From an uncultured Bacteroidales bacterium (GTDB lineage Bacteria > Pseudomonadota > Alphaproteobacteria > Rs-D84): DNA of 40,816 bases. The translations under genes and the position numbers were made by a program. Below, one piece after another: positions 8,564 through 18,667 of the stretch. The stretch is from assembly GCA_964514455.1 (NCBI GenBank), contig CAZEWI010000001.1, positions 1-40,816 of the forward strand, given 5' to 3'. The notes under the pieces were generated by a model. It ran no database searches. It was not told where the DNA came from and saw only the letters and a list, made by a program, of their open reading frames with translations. How positions within the stretch are numbered: the first letter of the stretch is position 1; the number at the start of each line of letters is the position of its first letter.

Positions 8564-10833
8564 ATAAAAAATTATTATTTTTAATACCTTCTTTAATTGC
8601 TGGCTCAGCAAATGCTGTTGTAGTAAATAATATTAAAGTTTCAGGAAATAAAAGAATGGACGAGGAATCTGTTCGCCTAATGATGCCTTTCAAAGTTGGA
8701 GATACATTAAAAGCCGGAGATTTGAACGAATCTGTTAAAAGAATTCAAGAAACAAAAATGTTTTCTGATGTCAATGTTAGTGAGTCCAACGGTTTGGTTT
8801 CTGTTATTTTGAAAGAAACCCCTATTATTGATAAAATTACCATTGAAGGAAATGATGTTGTTGGAACTGATGAATTAAAAAAAGAAATTCGCTCCTCGGA
8901 AAGAGAATCTTATGTTGAAAGTACAGTCGGTGGAGATATTCAAAGATTACTAACTGTATATCAAAGACAGGGTTATTTTGATGTAAATATAAGTCCTAAA
9001 CTAATTAAACAACCTGATAATAAAGTTAGTATAGTTTTTGAAATTAAAGAAGGTGAGCCTACTAAAATTAAAACTATTAAATTCACTGGAAATAAAGTTT
9101 TCTCTGATTCTGAACTACGTTCAGTTATTCTTTCAAAGCCTTATGCTTGGTGGAGGTTTTTAAGTAGTTTTGATGTTTATGATGAAGACAGAATTCAATA
9201 TGATCAACAATTACTCCGTCAGCATTACCTTAAATCTGGATATCTTGATTTCAAAATTAAAAACTCAGAAGGGTACTTTTCCAATAATAGAACTAATTAT
9301 TATCTGAATTTATCTCTTGATGAAGGAAATCGTTATAAAATTGGAACTATTGAAATTAAAAATCCATACCCAGATTTAGAACTTGATGAATTAAAAAATA
9401 ATTTAGTAATAGAAGAGGGCGATTACTATAATATAGAAAAAATTGATAAATCAATTTCTAAAATGAGAGAAATTACTTCCGATAAAGGCTATGCTTTCGT
9501 AAATATAGATGCTATACCCGACAAAAATAATGATACTAGAATTGTAAATATAGTTTTTGAAATTAAAAAAGTTCCTAGAATGTATATAAATTCGGTAAAT
9601 TATGTTGGTAATGTCCGAACTTTTGATTATGTCTTGGAACAAGAAATGAGAATGCAAGATAAAGATGCTTTTTCTTTACAAGGTGTTGAACAATCTAGAC
9701 AAAGACTTATGAGAACTCAATTCTTCAAATCTGTTGATATGCTACCTTCTAGACTTGAAGGGACCAATCTTGTCAATCTTGATGTTAAAGTTTCAGAGCA
9801 ACCTACTGGTGAATTATCAGGTGGTATTGGTTGGTCTAATTTAAATGGTTTTATGTTAGAAGCAGGAATCACTGAAAAGAATTTTATGGGTAAAGGTCAA
9901 ATTGTATCTCTAAAAGGAACTATTGCAGAGTATCAAAGTCAGGCTGTTTTTAGTTTTACAGAACCTTATTTATTCGGTCGTGCTTTGTCAGGAGGTTTTG
10001 ATGCTTCCTATACAGATTACAGATATGGAAGTTTAGGTTCTTATGGTTATGATAGACAGACTATCGCTCTTGTCGCGAGGTTGGGTTGGAATCTTACTGA
10101 ACATTGGAATCAAAACCTAAGATATACAGTTATGTTTGACCATAATAAAGATACTCGTTTTGATTATACTCAAATAGCAAGACTTTATACAATTTCAACT
10201 GGATTTAAATACTATAATTTAGATACTGACTTCGTTCAAAATACTCATACTGGACTCATATCAAGTTTTAATATAGGTTATACTGGATTTGGCGGAACTG
10301 AAGAATATATGAAATATGATTTTAGTATTATTGGATTATTAAACTTTTTTGAAAATCGTTGGCAATTCAAAGTTGATGCTAATGCTGGATATATTGATGC
10401 TCTTGATGGAGATTATGTATCTCGTATGTATCGTTACTTCCTTGGTGGTGAAACTCTTCGTGGTTTTGAACTTGCTGGTGTTGGTTCTAGAAACTGGTAT
10501 TATGATAATTATGCTTATGGTGGATTATGGAAATTAAATGGATCTTTCCAATTAAATTTTCCTATATTCATTCCTGATGAATACCAAATGAAAGGATTTG
10601 TTTTTAGTGATTGGGGTGTTTTGGGTAATCCTCCGGAAATAAATAGAACATCAACAGTTGGAGGAATAACAAAAGATAATTATTGGGGTGAAGAATTACG
10701 AATTACTTGGGGTGTTGGTATAAATTGGAAGACTCCTATGGGACCTATGAGTTTTTCTTGGGGATTTCCAATTAAAAAACAAGATTATGATAAAGAACAA
10801 ATTTTCTTATTGTCTTTTGAAACTCAATTCTAG
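8560..10833 (+). CDS. bamA: Outer membrane protein assembly factor BamA
   Basis: Signal peptide, POTRA repeats (GNxRxD; I.FTGNKVFSD..L; YLKSGY), VxEQPTG, LRGFE loop-6 motif, GINWKTPMGPMSF, terminal Phe. Confidence 0.97.
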   Translation: MNKKLLFLIPSLIAGSANAVVVNNIKVSGNKRMDEESVRLMMPFKVGDTLKAGDLNESVKRIQETKMFSDVNVSESNGLVSVILKETPIIDKITIEGNDVVGTDELKKEIRSSERESYVESTVGGDIQRLLTVYQRQGYFDVNISPKLIKQPDNKVSIVFEIKEGEPTKIKTIKFTGNKVFSDSELRSVILSKPYAWWRFLSSFDVYDEDRIQYDQQLLRQHYLKSGYLDFKIKNSEGYFSNNRTNYYLNLSLDEGNRYKIGTIEIKNPYPDLELDELKNNLVIEEGDYYNIEKIDKSISKMREITSDKGYAFVNIDAIPDKNNDTRIVNIVFEIKKVPRMYINSVNYVGNVRTFDYVLEQEMRMQDKDAFSLQGVEQSRQRLMRTQFFKSVDMLPSRLEGTNLVNLDVKVSEQPTGELSGGIGWSNLNGFMLEAGITEKNFMGKGQIVSLKGTIAEYQSQAVFSFTEPYLFGRALSGGFDASYTDYRYGSLGSYGYDRQTIALVARLGWNLTEHWNQNLRYTVMFDHNKDTRFDYTQIARLYTISTGFKYYNLDTDFVQNTHTGLISSFNIGYTGFGGTEEYMKYDFSIIGLLNFFENRWQFKVDANAGYIDALDGDYVSRMYRYFLGGETLRGFELAGVGSRNWYYDNYAYGGLWKLNGSFQLNFPIFIPDEYQMKGFVFSDWGVLGNPPEINRTSTVGGITKDNYWGEELRITWGVGINWKTPMGPMSFSWGFPIKKQDYDKEQIFLLSFETQF

Positions 10834-11174
10834 AAATTATCAAAAAAATCTTCATTACAATAAAATTTTAATACTTGTAATGGTGTATTTTTATTTACCC
10901 AATCCGAACTTTCATAATATGGTAGAATTTCAGTTTCATAATCATCATCAGATTTAGTGGCTTCATTTTTTATTTTTTTTGAACTTGTAATGGTATAATC
11001 TCCATTACAATATTCAGATGCTTTAGCAACACAATCATACATATAACTATTATAATCATTACACTCTACACTGTAAATTCTTTTACCTGCAGAATTTCTA
11101 TATATTCTGACACTATCATCATAATAACAACCTGATAATACTAAAAACGATAAAATTAAACAAATTTTTTTCAT
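10830..11174 (-). CDS. Hypothetical small lipoprotein, four mature Cys
   Basis: Lipobox LSGC after a short signal peptide; VEC..YDC..EYC..FYC; candidate promoter TTGATT-17-TACACT at 11226-11198. Confidence 0.75.
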   Translation of the reverse strand: MKKICLILSFLVLSGCYYDDSVRIYRNSAGKRIYSVECNDYNSYMYDCVAKASEYCNGDYTITSSKKIKNEATKSDDDYETEILPYYESSDWVNKNTPLQVLKFYCNEDFFDNF

Positions 11175-11246
11175 ATCTTTTTATCTCTATATTATTGAGT
11201 GTATAAATTTTAACCACAAAAATCAATAGGATTTGGTTGCTATAAA

Positions 11247-11272
11247 AAAACTCCTCATATAAGAGGAGTTTT
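11247..11272 (-). terminator. Rho-independent terminator after the Yip1-family gene
   Basis: AAAACTCCTC-ATATAA-GAGGAGTTTT with an A-tract on the left (U-tract on the minus strand). Confidence 0.8.
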
Positions 11273-11292
11273 CTTTATTTTTATTATTTACA

Positions 11293-11961
11293 TTATGCCA
11301 TCATACAAGATAAATAAGCAGACGTATTCTTTAATAAAAACCATGTCATTCTATTATCTGTCATATAAATTGTTAGCATAAATACAGCCATTGTTCCAAT
11401 AACTATTTGAGTGTTGATTTTCTTTGCTTTCATACAATAGACAACTATATTATAAAGTAAAAATAAAATATAAGCATCAACAATTATAGAAATTAACCAT
11501 AAACTCCAACAATTAAACGCAAGTTGATTCAATGCAAGCATAACTGGATACATAAAGAATACAGAACCAAGACCTTTTACTGCAATTTCATAATCCATAT
11601 CTCCGCCTGTTATTTCTGAAATCAACATTATCAATCCTGATAATATGAATAAAACAACAACAGCAAGTATAGGTGTTATCACTAATTTAGCAAATACAAC
11701 TCCCATTGTAATCGCTGTTCCGCCGAGTAATTGCATAAACAATACAATCAAACCTCCGATTAAACCATAAATAAAGGCCTTTATCATAGGTGCTTCATAA
11801 CTACCATCAGCAACGATTGAAGAAAAATATCTTCTAGGATTCATTAAAATTGTAAAAATATGATAAACCCATACTTTCCAGCCTTGCATTTGAACACTTT
11901 TAGATTTTTTAGCCTTTTTTCCAGATTCTACTACTGGTTCAAGAATTTTTGATTTAGCCAT
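11293..11961 (-). CDS. YIP1-family integral membrane protein
   Basis: ILMNPRRYFSSI motif followed by about five hydrophobic helices; start at ATG 11961 after GGAGGA. Confidence 0.75.
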   Translation of the reverse strand: MAKSKILEPVVESGKKAKKSKSVQMQGWKVWVYHIFTILMNPRRYFSSIVADGSYEAPMIKAFIYGLIGGLIVLFMQLLGGTAITMGVVFAKLVITPILAVVVLFILSGLIMLISEITGGDMDYEIAVKGLGSVFFMYPVMLALNQLAFNCWSLWLISIIVDAYILFLLYNIVVYCMKAKKINTQIVIGTMAVFMLTIYMTDNRMTWFLLKNTSAYLSCMMA

Positions 11962-11979
11962 TTTGTCCTCCATATTTTT

Positions 11980-12022
11980 CTAGACTTTTGAAATTATAAA
12001 TCACATAATAAAAAAAGTCTAG
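11980..12022. promoter_or_regulatory. Interlocked bidirectional promoter between the Yip1 gene and der
   Basis: Plus strand TAGACT-17-CATAAT (11981-12009); minus strand TAGACT-17-TATAAT (12021-11993); inverted repeat CTAGACTTTT/AAAAGTCTAG. Confidence 0.6.
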
Positions 12023-12042
12023 TAAAAAGAAAAGGTAAAATT

Positions 12043-13389
12043 ATGTTTAAAATTGCAATTATTGGTCGTCCTAATGTAGGTAAATCTACACTCTTTAATC
12101 AACTAACAAGGACTAGGAATGCTCTGGTTCATGATAGGCCTGGTGTCACAAGAGATATGATTGTTGGAGATCTGGTTTTGTCTGATATAGAGGCCGAAGT
12201 TGTGGATACTGCGGGTATTGACCTGAATGCCAAGGTTGGTGCGGTTGATAAAGCAATGTCTGATTTGGCTATAAGTGCTTTAAATATCGCTGATGTTTGT
12301 CTGATGATTGTTGATGGTAAATATGGACTAAATCCAGATGATAAAAAATTAGCAAAAATTATTCAAAAAACTAAAAAACCAACTTTACTATTAGTAAATA
12401 AAACTGAATCTAAAAAAGGTATGGAAAACTTTTATGATTTTTATAGTCTTGGTCTTGGGGAGCCAGTTGCTATATCTGCCGAACATCGCGAAGGATTTGC
12501 TGAAATTGCTTCTTGGCTAAAAAAATTAGCAGAGAAATATAATGATAATGAATCTGAAAAATCAGAAAATAAAAAAATTAGACTATCTATTGTTGGACAA
12601 CCTAATGTCGGTAAATCAACTCTCACAAACACCTTACTTGGAGAAACAAGAGTTTTAGTTCATGATGAACCAGGTATTACAAGAGATACGATTCTTATTC
12701 CTTTTAATTACAGTGGGACAGATTTTATTCTTGCAGATACTGCTGGAATCAGAAAGAAAAATAAAGTCAATGATGATGTTGAAACTCTTTCTTCAATTAA
12801 AGCAATAAATGCCATAAACGAATCTGATATTGTAATTTTAGTAATAGATGCAACTCTTGGAATTGAAAAGCAAGATTTAACTCTTTCAGGAAGAATTTGC
12901 GAAGAAGGACGGATTTTAGTTATTGCTATCAATAAATGGGATTTAATTAAAAAAGAAGAGCAAGATAATTTACTCCGCGATATTCAAAAGAAATTTAATC
13001 AAAACTTTTTTCAAATTCAAGAGCCTGCCATTATTCCAATCTCAGCCTTAAATACTTTTGGTATAAAAAGGCTTATGAAAAAACTTATAGATTTATGGAA
13101 TAAAACAAATACTAGAATTTCAACTAGTGCATTAAATAGATTTTTAGATAAATTAATATCTGAAACTCCCGCTCCGTTATCTAAAATGAAAAAGCCAGTT
13201 AAAATTAAATTTGCCGCTCAATCAGAAATTAGGCCTATCACTTTTACCTTGACTATTTCTGGTGGCGGTGAATACCCAGATTCTTACGAGAGATTTATTA
13301 AAAATAATATAGCAAAAAAATTTAGCCTAGAAAATTTAGTCGTTCGTATAAATTATAAGAAAACAGAAAATCCATTTGCTGATAAATAA
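12043..13389 (+). CDS. der: Ribosome biogenesis GTPase Der (EngA)
   Basis: Two G domains: GRPNVGKSTLFN...DTAG...NKTE and GQPNVGKSTL...DTAG...NKWD; C-terminal KH-like domain. Confidence 0.97.
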   Translation: MFKIAIIGRPNVGKSTLFNQLTRTRNALVHDRPGVTRDMIVGDLVLSDIEAEVVDTAGIDLNAKVGAVDKAMSDLAISALNIADVCLMIVDGKYGLNPDDKKLAKIIQKTKKPTLLLVNKTESKKGMENFYDFYSLGLGEPVAISAEHREGFAEIASWLKKLAEKYNDNESEKSENKKIRLSIVGQPNVGKSTLTNTLLGETRVLVHDEPGITRDTILIPFNYSGTDFILADTAGIRKKNKVNDDVETLSSIKAINAINESDIVILVIDATLGIEKQDLTLSGRICEEGRILVIAINKWDLIKKEEQDNLLRDIQKKFNQNFFQIQEPAIIPISALNTFGIKRLMKKLIDLWNKTNTRISTSALNRFLDKLISETPAPLSKMKKPVKIKFAAQSEIRPITFTLTISGGGEYPDSYERFIKNNIAKKFSLENLVVRINYKKTENPFADK

Positions 13390-13415
13390 AAAAACCGGCA
13401 AATTGCCGGTTTTTT
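13388..13415. terminator. Bidirectional terminator shared by der and efp
   Basis: AAAAAAACCGGCA-AAT-TGCCGGTTTTTT between convergent stop codons. Confidence 0.88.
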
Positions 13416-13438
13416 ATTTTAATGACATTAGAAATAAA

Positions 13439-14005
13439 CTATTTTTTTGCTCTTTCTACATATTCATTATATTCTGTATTCACGACTACTTGCTCACCTT
13501 CATTTACAAAAGTTGGAACCATTATTCTTATTCCGTTATCAAGTATAGCAGGTTTATTTGAAGAAGCGGCTGTTTGTCCTTTTACTACTGGTTCTGTTTC
13601 TGCAATAGTGCAAATTACAGTTTGAGGTAGTGAAATTGAAACAGGATTTCCCTCTATTAAACTGGCAACTACTTTCATTCCTTCTATTAGATATTTAGCA
13701 GAATCTCCCAAAGTATCCAAAGGCATTGTAAATTGCTCATAACTTGTTAAATACATAAAATATGCATCTGAGCCATCATTGTATAGGTATTGAGAATCAA
13801 TATCTTCCACCATAAGTTTTTCAACTGTATCTTCGGTTCTGAATCTTTCATTTCCTTTTGATCCAGTATCTATATCTTTCATTTCAACTTGGGCAAATGC
13901 ACCGCCTTTACCAGGTTTTACTTTATATACACTAGTAACAGTATAACGTCTTTTATTGAGTTCTATGACCCAACCGACACGGATATTTCCAGCACTTTCT
14001 TTCAT
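13439..14005 (-). CDS. efp: Elongation factor P
   Basis: VKPGKGGAF loop (Lys type), TEPVVKGQTA...KPA.LDNG..IMVPTFV. Confidence 0.97.
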   Translation of the reverse strand: MKESAGNIRVGWVIELNKRRYTVTSVYKVKPGKGGAFAQVEMKDIDTGSKGNERFRTEDTVEKLMVEDIDSQYLYNDGSDAYFMYLTSYEQFTMPLDTLGDSAKYLIEGMKVVASLIEGNPVSISLPQTVICTIAETEPVVKGQTAASSNKPAILDNGIRIMVPTFVNEGEQVVVNTEYNEYVERAKK

Positions 14006-14040
14006 ATTAAATCCTTTTGTTTTTTATATTAGACCCTTGT

Positions 14041-14068
14041 ATCATACCCAAGTTTTTTATAATTTCAA
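14041..14068 (-). promoter_or_regulatory. Sigma70-type promoter for efp
   Basis: Minus strand: TTGAAA, 16 bp, TATGAT. Confidence 0.5.
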
Positions 14069-14143
14069 GAGAAAAGATAAGACATTGAAAAACTTATCAG
14101 CAAAATTAAAATTATAAAGTGTTTATAATTATCCGTTTGCACT

Positions 14144-15334
14144 TTATACTCCACTGGATCCTAGTTGAACATCTTTGTGAATATAAATGTTTTGAATAAG
14201 CCCCAGACTGAACATAATTGACAACAGTGAAGAGCCTCCGAAACTCATCAATGGTAATGGAATGCCCACTGTTGGAATTAAACCAATCACCATTGCTATA
14301 TTCAGGCAATAATAGATAAAGAAATTTAACGCTATTCCAAATCCTAGTAATTGACCGAATCGATTTCTTGTTATCTTGGAAATTCTAAACATTATAAATG
14401 TCATTATGGAATATATTATCAATAAAAACAAACAACCAGCAAATCCAAATTCTTCTCCAAACATAGTAAATATAAAATCTGTCTGCTTTTCCGGTAAAAA
14501 ATTCAAATGAGATTGAGAACCAGATAAATAGCCTTTACCTGTAAATCCACCACTGCCGATTGCAATTTTAGCCTGATTTATCTGATAGCCAGAGCCCTGC
14601 GTATCTGATCCTGGACTTATAAATGTAGTAATTCTGGCTTTTTGATAATCGTGTAATCCGTAAGTCCAAGCAAGTGGTGCTATTACAACTAAAGATGTTA
14701 AAATAATTATAAACCATTTCTTAGCAACACCAGATATAAAAAACATTCCACCTCCAAGTATTGCCAGAGTTAAAGCCGTCCCTAAATCAGGTTGCTTTAA
14801 TACCAAAACAAAAGGTGCTAAAACTAATAAACTAGGAATAATCAATTTTTTTGTATCTAAAATATCATTCTGATTCATCCAAGAAAAGTATTTTGCAAGA
14901 ACTATAACTGTCGCAATTTTTATAAACTCAGATGGTTGAATCGCAAAAAATCCAATATTTAGCCACCTTTGAGCACCCATTCCAGTATGCCCTATAAATG
15001 AAACCAATAACACAAGTATAAAACAAATTCCCCAAATTAAATAAGAACTCTTAATCCAAAATTTTATATTTGATAATGCAACTACAAAAAATAATCCCAC
15101 AGCAATTAAAATCTTTATGAGTTGGCTATATGCCCAAGGTGTCCAAGAACCAAAACTATACAAACACTCATTTTGATTTTCACATAAATTATAACCAGCC
15201 GAATACAAAGTCAATAAAGATAGACTAAGAACTACAAGAGTCATAAAAAATAATTTCCAATTAAATCGCGATAATTTATCTTGAATAGATATGTTTTCTG
15301 CACGGGATATTCTTGTAGATGTTTTTCTTATCAT
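14144..15334 (-). CDS. rodA: Rod shape-determining SEDS transglycosylase RodA
   Basis: GAQRW...IQPSEFIK, QPDLGT, HDYQKARI, GYQINQAKIAIGSGG, FLPEKQTDFIF, GIPLPLMSFGGSS. Confidence 0.96.
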   Translation of the reverse strand: MIRKTSTRISRAENISIQDKLSRFNWKLFFMTLVVLSLSLLTLYSAGYNLCENQNECLYSFGSWTPWAYSQLIKILIAVGLFFVVALSNIKFWIKSSYLIWGICFILVLLVSFIGHTGMGAQRWLNIGFFAIQPSEFIKIATVIVLAKYFSWMNQNDILDTKKLIIPSLLVLAPFVLVLKQPDLGTALTLAILGGGMFFISGVAKKWFIIILTSLVVIAPLAWTYGLHDYQKARITTFISPGSDTQGSGYQINQAKIAIGSGGFTGKGYLSGSQSHLNFLPEKQTDFIFTMFGEEFGFAGCLFLLIIYSIMTFIMFRISKITRNRFGQLLGFGIALNFFIYYCLNIAMVIGLIPTVGIPLPLMSFGGSSLLSIMFSLGLIQNIYIHKDVQLGSSGV

Positions 15335-17154
15335 TTCAAATCCTCTTTCAAAGTTGCTCTCATCACTTCTGCCGCAATAGGTCCAGATACAGAAGATCCT
15401 CCACCACCATGTTCCATTACAATTGATATAGCATATTTTGGTTTTTCTATTGGTGCAAATCCAACAAATAATGCATGATTTCTTAAATTAAATGGCAATT
15501 CTGAATCTTTTCTGATTCCAGTGTCTCTTTCTGACATGGAAATTCTACGAACCTGAGCCGTTCCAGTTTTTCCACCCATTTTAAGCCCATTTACATTGAT
15601 AGAACTCCAATATGCTGTTCCACCTTCTTCACAAACCCTTTTCATTCCTTCTATTACAATATCTAAACTTTTTTGTGAAATTCCAAGAGAGTTAAATTCT
15701 GATGTATTTTTTTGATCTACAATAAGTGTTGGAAAAACTTCTTTTCCAGAAACCGCTCTCGCAGTCATAATTGCAAGTTGTAATGGAGTAGTAAGAATAT
15801 AACCCTGTCCAATACTTGATAATATAGTGTCCGATTGCAGCCATTTTTGACCAATGTTTTTTTCTTTCCATCTTTTATCTGGAATTAGCCCTGGGTGTTC
15901 CCCTAATAAATCTGTTTGTAGTGTATTTCCAAGTCCTAATTTTAAGGCCATATTTTTTATCGCATCAATTCCAATTCTTCTGGACATCTGATAAAAATAA
16001 ATATCACATGAATGAGCCAATGCATCATAAAGATTTTGCCAACCATGACCTTCTTTTTTCCAACAATGGAACTTTTGATTTCCATATTGCCAAAAACCTT
16101 CGCAATATATTTTTTCTTCTGGTAAAATTGCACCAGATTCTAAGCCTGCCAAAGCAACTATAATCTTAAATGTAGATCCAGGAGGATATGCCCCCTCAAT
16201 AGTTTTATTTATAAATGGCTTATATGGATTATTTACTAAATCCCTAAAATGAGCATCGGAACCTTTTTCTTGAAGTGTTTTTGGATTAAAACTAGGGTAT
16301 GAAGCCATTGCTAAAACACCTCCAGTTTCAATATCAACAACAACTCCAGAACCACTATTGTGCTTAGCAAGTGCTTTTTCTAAAACATCTTGAATGTTCT
16401 TATTTATAGTAATTTGAATATCCGTTCCTGATTCTGGTAATACTGCCTCATCGCTAAAATCTTCAACAGTTCTTCCAATTGCATCAACAGTATAGATATT
16501 TCTGCCGGCTACTCCACGAAGAATAGGGTCATATCTTCTTTCAATCCCATATTTACCTGTCTTAAAATAAGGTATCTCCATCATAGGATGGAATCTTCTC
16601 TTTAAGTCGCCATCAGACACATCTCCTACATAGCCAAGAACATGTGCTGCACATGTTTCAAATGGATATAATCTGGTCCAGCCAGATTCTATATGTAATC
16701 CAGGTAATTCCTGTTGAAGACTTTGAATACTAGCCATTTGTTTCCATGATAGATTTTCTTGAATTAAAGTTGGAATAAATTTTCTTTGATCATTCATTTG
16801 TTTTTTTATTTTTTCAATTTCTTTGTCAGAAAGTTTTAATTCTTTGGAAATTATATTTACAACATCTTCCGGATTTGTATTTTTATCAATAGCCTCTTTA
16901 GGTATTATATATGCCCTATAAGTAGATTTATTTGTTGCTAAAATTATTCCATTTTGATCAATTATTTTTCCCCTCTCTGGAAGAATCGCTTTGATTCGGA
17001 GATAATTATTGTCGGCGAGTTTTTTATATTTTTTATGTTCAAAAACCTGTAAATGAACAAGTCGCAACACTATAAAAGAAGTGAGTATTACTCCGGCAGA
17101 CAATACCATTGCCGATCTTCTGTCATATAAAGATGATAATTCTTTATCTAACAT
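15331..17154 (-). CDS. mrdA: Penicillin-binding protein 2
   Basis: PERGKIID, YPPGSTFK (SxxK), SCD (SxN-like), KTGTAQ, NHALFVGFAP. Confidence 0.95.
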   Translation of the reverse strand: MLDKELSSLYDRRSAMVLSAGVILTSFIVLRLVHLQVFEHKKYKKLADNNYLRIKAILPERGKIIDQNGIILATNKSTYRAYIIPKEAIDKNTNPEDVVNIISKELKLSDKEIEKIKKQMNDQRKFIPTLIQENLSWKQMASIQSLQQELPGLHIESGWTRLYPFETCAAHVLGYVGDVSDGDLKRRFHPMMEIPYFKTGKYGIERRYDPILRGVAGRNIYTVDAIGRTVEDFSDEAVLPESGTDIQITINKNIQDVLEKALAKHNSGSGVVVDIETGGVLAMASYPSFNPKTLQEKGSDAHFRDLVNNPYKPFINKTIEGAYPPGSTFKIIVALAGLESGAILPEEKIYCEGFWQYGNQKFHCWKKEGHGWQNLYDALAHSCDIYFYQMSRRIGIDAIKNMALKLGLGNTLQTDLLGEHPGLIPDKRWKEKNIGQKWLQSDTILSSIGQGYILTTPLQLAIMTARAVSGKEVFPTLIVDQKNTSEFNSLGISQKSLDIVIEGMKRVCEEGGTAYWSSINVNGLKMGGKTGTAQVRRISMSERDTGIRKDSELPFNLRNHALFVGFAPIEKPKYAISIVMEHGGGGSSVSGPIAAEVMRATLKEDLK

Positions 17155-17651
17155 TAAATATCCTCCGCCAATCTATTAAATATCTTGGCCATAGGTGTAT
17201 ATAATACTATCAATAATATCACAGTCCAAAATGTCCGAAATAAAAAGAAATGAGAACCATATCTTAAACTCATACTAATCGCAGACAGACTAAATAGAGT
17301 TATAACTATTATACTGAAAAAAGTAATTGAATAAAAATTCTGCTTTTTCAAATCAATCCATTTTTGAAAACTTAAAAATAAATAAATTATTAAAAAAAAT
17401 ATCAACCAAATTGAATCCATATTATAATAATAATCTATTAAAAATACCCCTATGAGAGATATTGGAAGTGGTAATAATGATGGATAATAAAGTGTATAAA
17501 AATAAATAGGAATTATTGCAAGAATTCCACCAGGATTTAGCACTGGATTTTGAAAATACAATAAAAAAAGCAAAATAAAGCAAGGAAAAATCTTTTTGAG
17601 AAAATCTTTGAATGGTTTTGGAATAAATAAATGCTTCTTAAAGTGTCTCAT
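17154..17651 (-). CDS. mreD: Rod shape-determining protein MreD (divergent)
   Basis: Polytopic membrane protein between mreC and mrdA; sequence is too divergent for motif support. Confidence 0.7.
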   Translation of the reverse strand: MRHFKKHLFIPKPFKDFLKKIFPCFILLFLLYFQNPVLNPGGILAIIPIYFYTLYYPSLLPLPISLIGVFLIDYYYNMDSIWLIFFLIIYLFLSFQKWIDLKKQNFYSITFFSIIVITLFSLSAISMSLRYGSHFFLFRTFWTVILLIVLYTPMAKIFNRLAEDI

Positions 17652-18528
17652 TTGATGCTTCCAAATCTTTTATCGCATTTTTATATTCTCCCTTTATGTC
17701 AAAAGGAACGATTCTAACTGAATAAATAGAATCTACATTTGAATATAATTGAATAGCCGATGATTTATTCTTGAATATCTTTGATATATAGCCAATAGGC
17801 AAATTCGCAGGCATTGTCCCATATATTCCAGATGTCATAATTGGCATTCCAACCTCTGGAATAAAGTTAGGGTCATTGTATAATTCAAAGATGGGTTTTG
17901 TTGAATTATTACCCTTGATAAATCCTTGGATATTTAATCCCGGGACTCTGACGGGTATTGACGATGATAAATCTGTTAAAGCAATTGCGCGGGAATAGTT
18001 TTTTCCTGCTATTGTGATAACTCCAACTAATTCACCCGTTGGAGATAAAACAGCCATTCCTGTCTTTACACCGAGTTTACGGCCTGCGGTAAGTATAAAA
18101 GTATGATGTAGAGAATTTTCCGAATCATGAATTATATTTGCCACAATAGATGGTCGTGTTTGATGTGGTGCCTGATTTAATAATTCTGATAGTCTGATAT
18201 TTTCCTGTTTTAATATATCATTTTCAAGTTTTATTCCCTTTAATTCCTCTAATTCTTTAACTAGAGCCTTGTTGTCAGATTTTGCAACAAGTGTTTCTGT
18301 AAAGTTATTAAATCCGATTTTTACCAATCTTATTGGATAGAAGACAACCCTAGATACAATGTTTGTTGTTTCAACTATCGGAGCAGAAACTCTGGAATAA
18401 TTTTTATCCCCTTTATCTAAAATTAAAAAATAAATTAAAAGAAAAGGTATTAAAATCAATATAATAATACGCTTTATCCAAATTTTTAGATTCTTTAATT
18501 TTGTAGAAAATGATAATCTTTTTGCCAT
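17638..18528 (-). CDS. mreC: Rod shape-determining protein MreC
   Basis: TM helix, coiled coil (LKQENIRLSELL), AGRKLGVKTGMAV, G.LVGVI, TSG..G.MPANLPIG. Confidence 0.92.
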   Translation of the reverse strand: MAKRLSFSTKLKNLKIWIKRIIILILIPFLLIYFLILDKGDKNYSRVSAPIVETTNIVSRVVFYPIRLVKIGFNNFTETLVAKSDNKALVKELEELKGIKLENDILKQENIRLSELLNQAPHQTRPSIVANIIHDSENSLHHTFILTAGRKLGVKTGMAVLSPTGELVGVITIAGKNYSRAIALTDLSSSIPVRVPGLNIQGFIKGNNSTKPIFELYNDPNFIPEVGMPIMTSGIYGTMPANLPIGYISKIFKNKSSAIQLYSNVDSIYSVRIVPFDIKGEYKNAIKDLEASNETL

Positions 18529-18607
18529 TTGTTTTTCTTGATTTTTAGATTTTTTATCTTATTATACTGCCAATATACAAACAAAAAAATAAAAAATCAA
18601 TTTTTTC

Positions 18608-18636
18608 TTGATTTTTTTAATAAAATTTTGTATAAC
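18608..18636 (+). promoter_or_regulatory. Sigma70-type promoter for rpmJ
   Basis: TTGATT, 17 bp, TATAAC. Confidence 0.5.
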
Positions 18637-18667
18637 ACTCTGGATTAAACAACAAAAGGTATTTATC

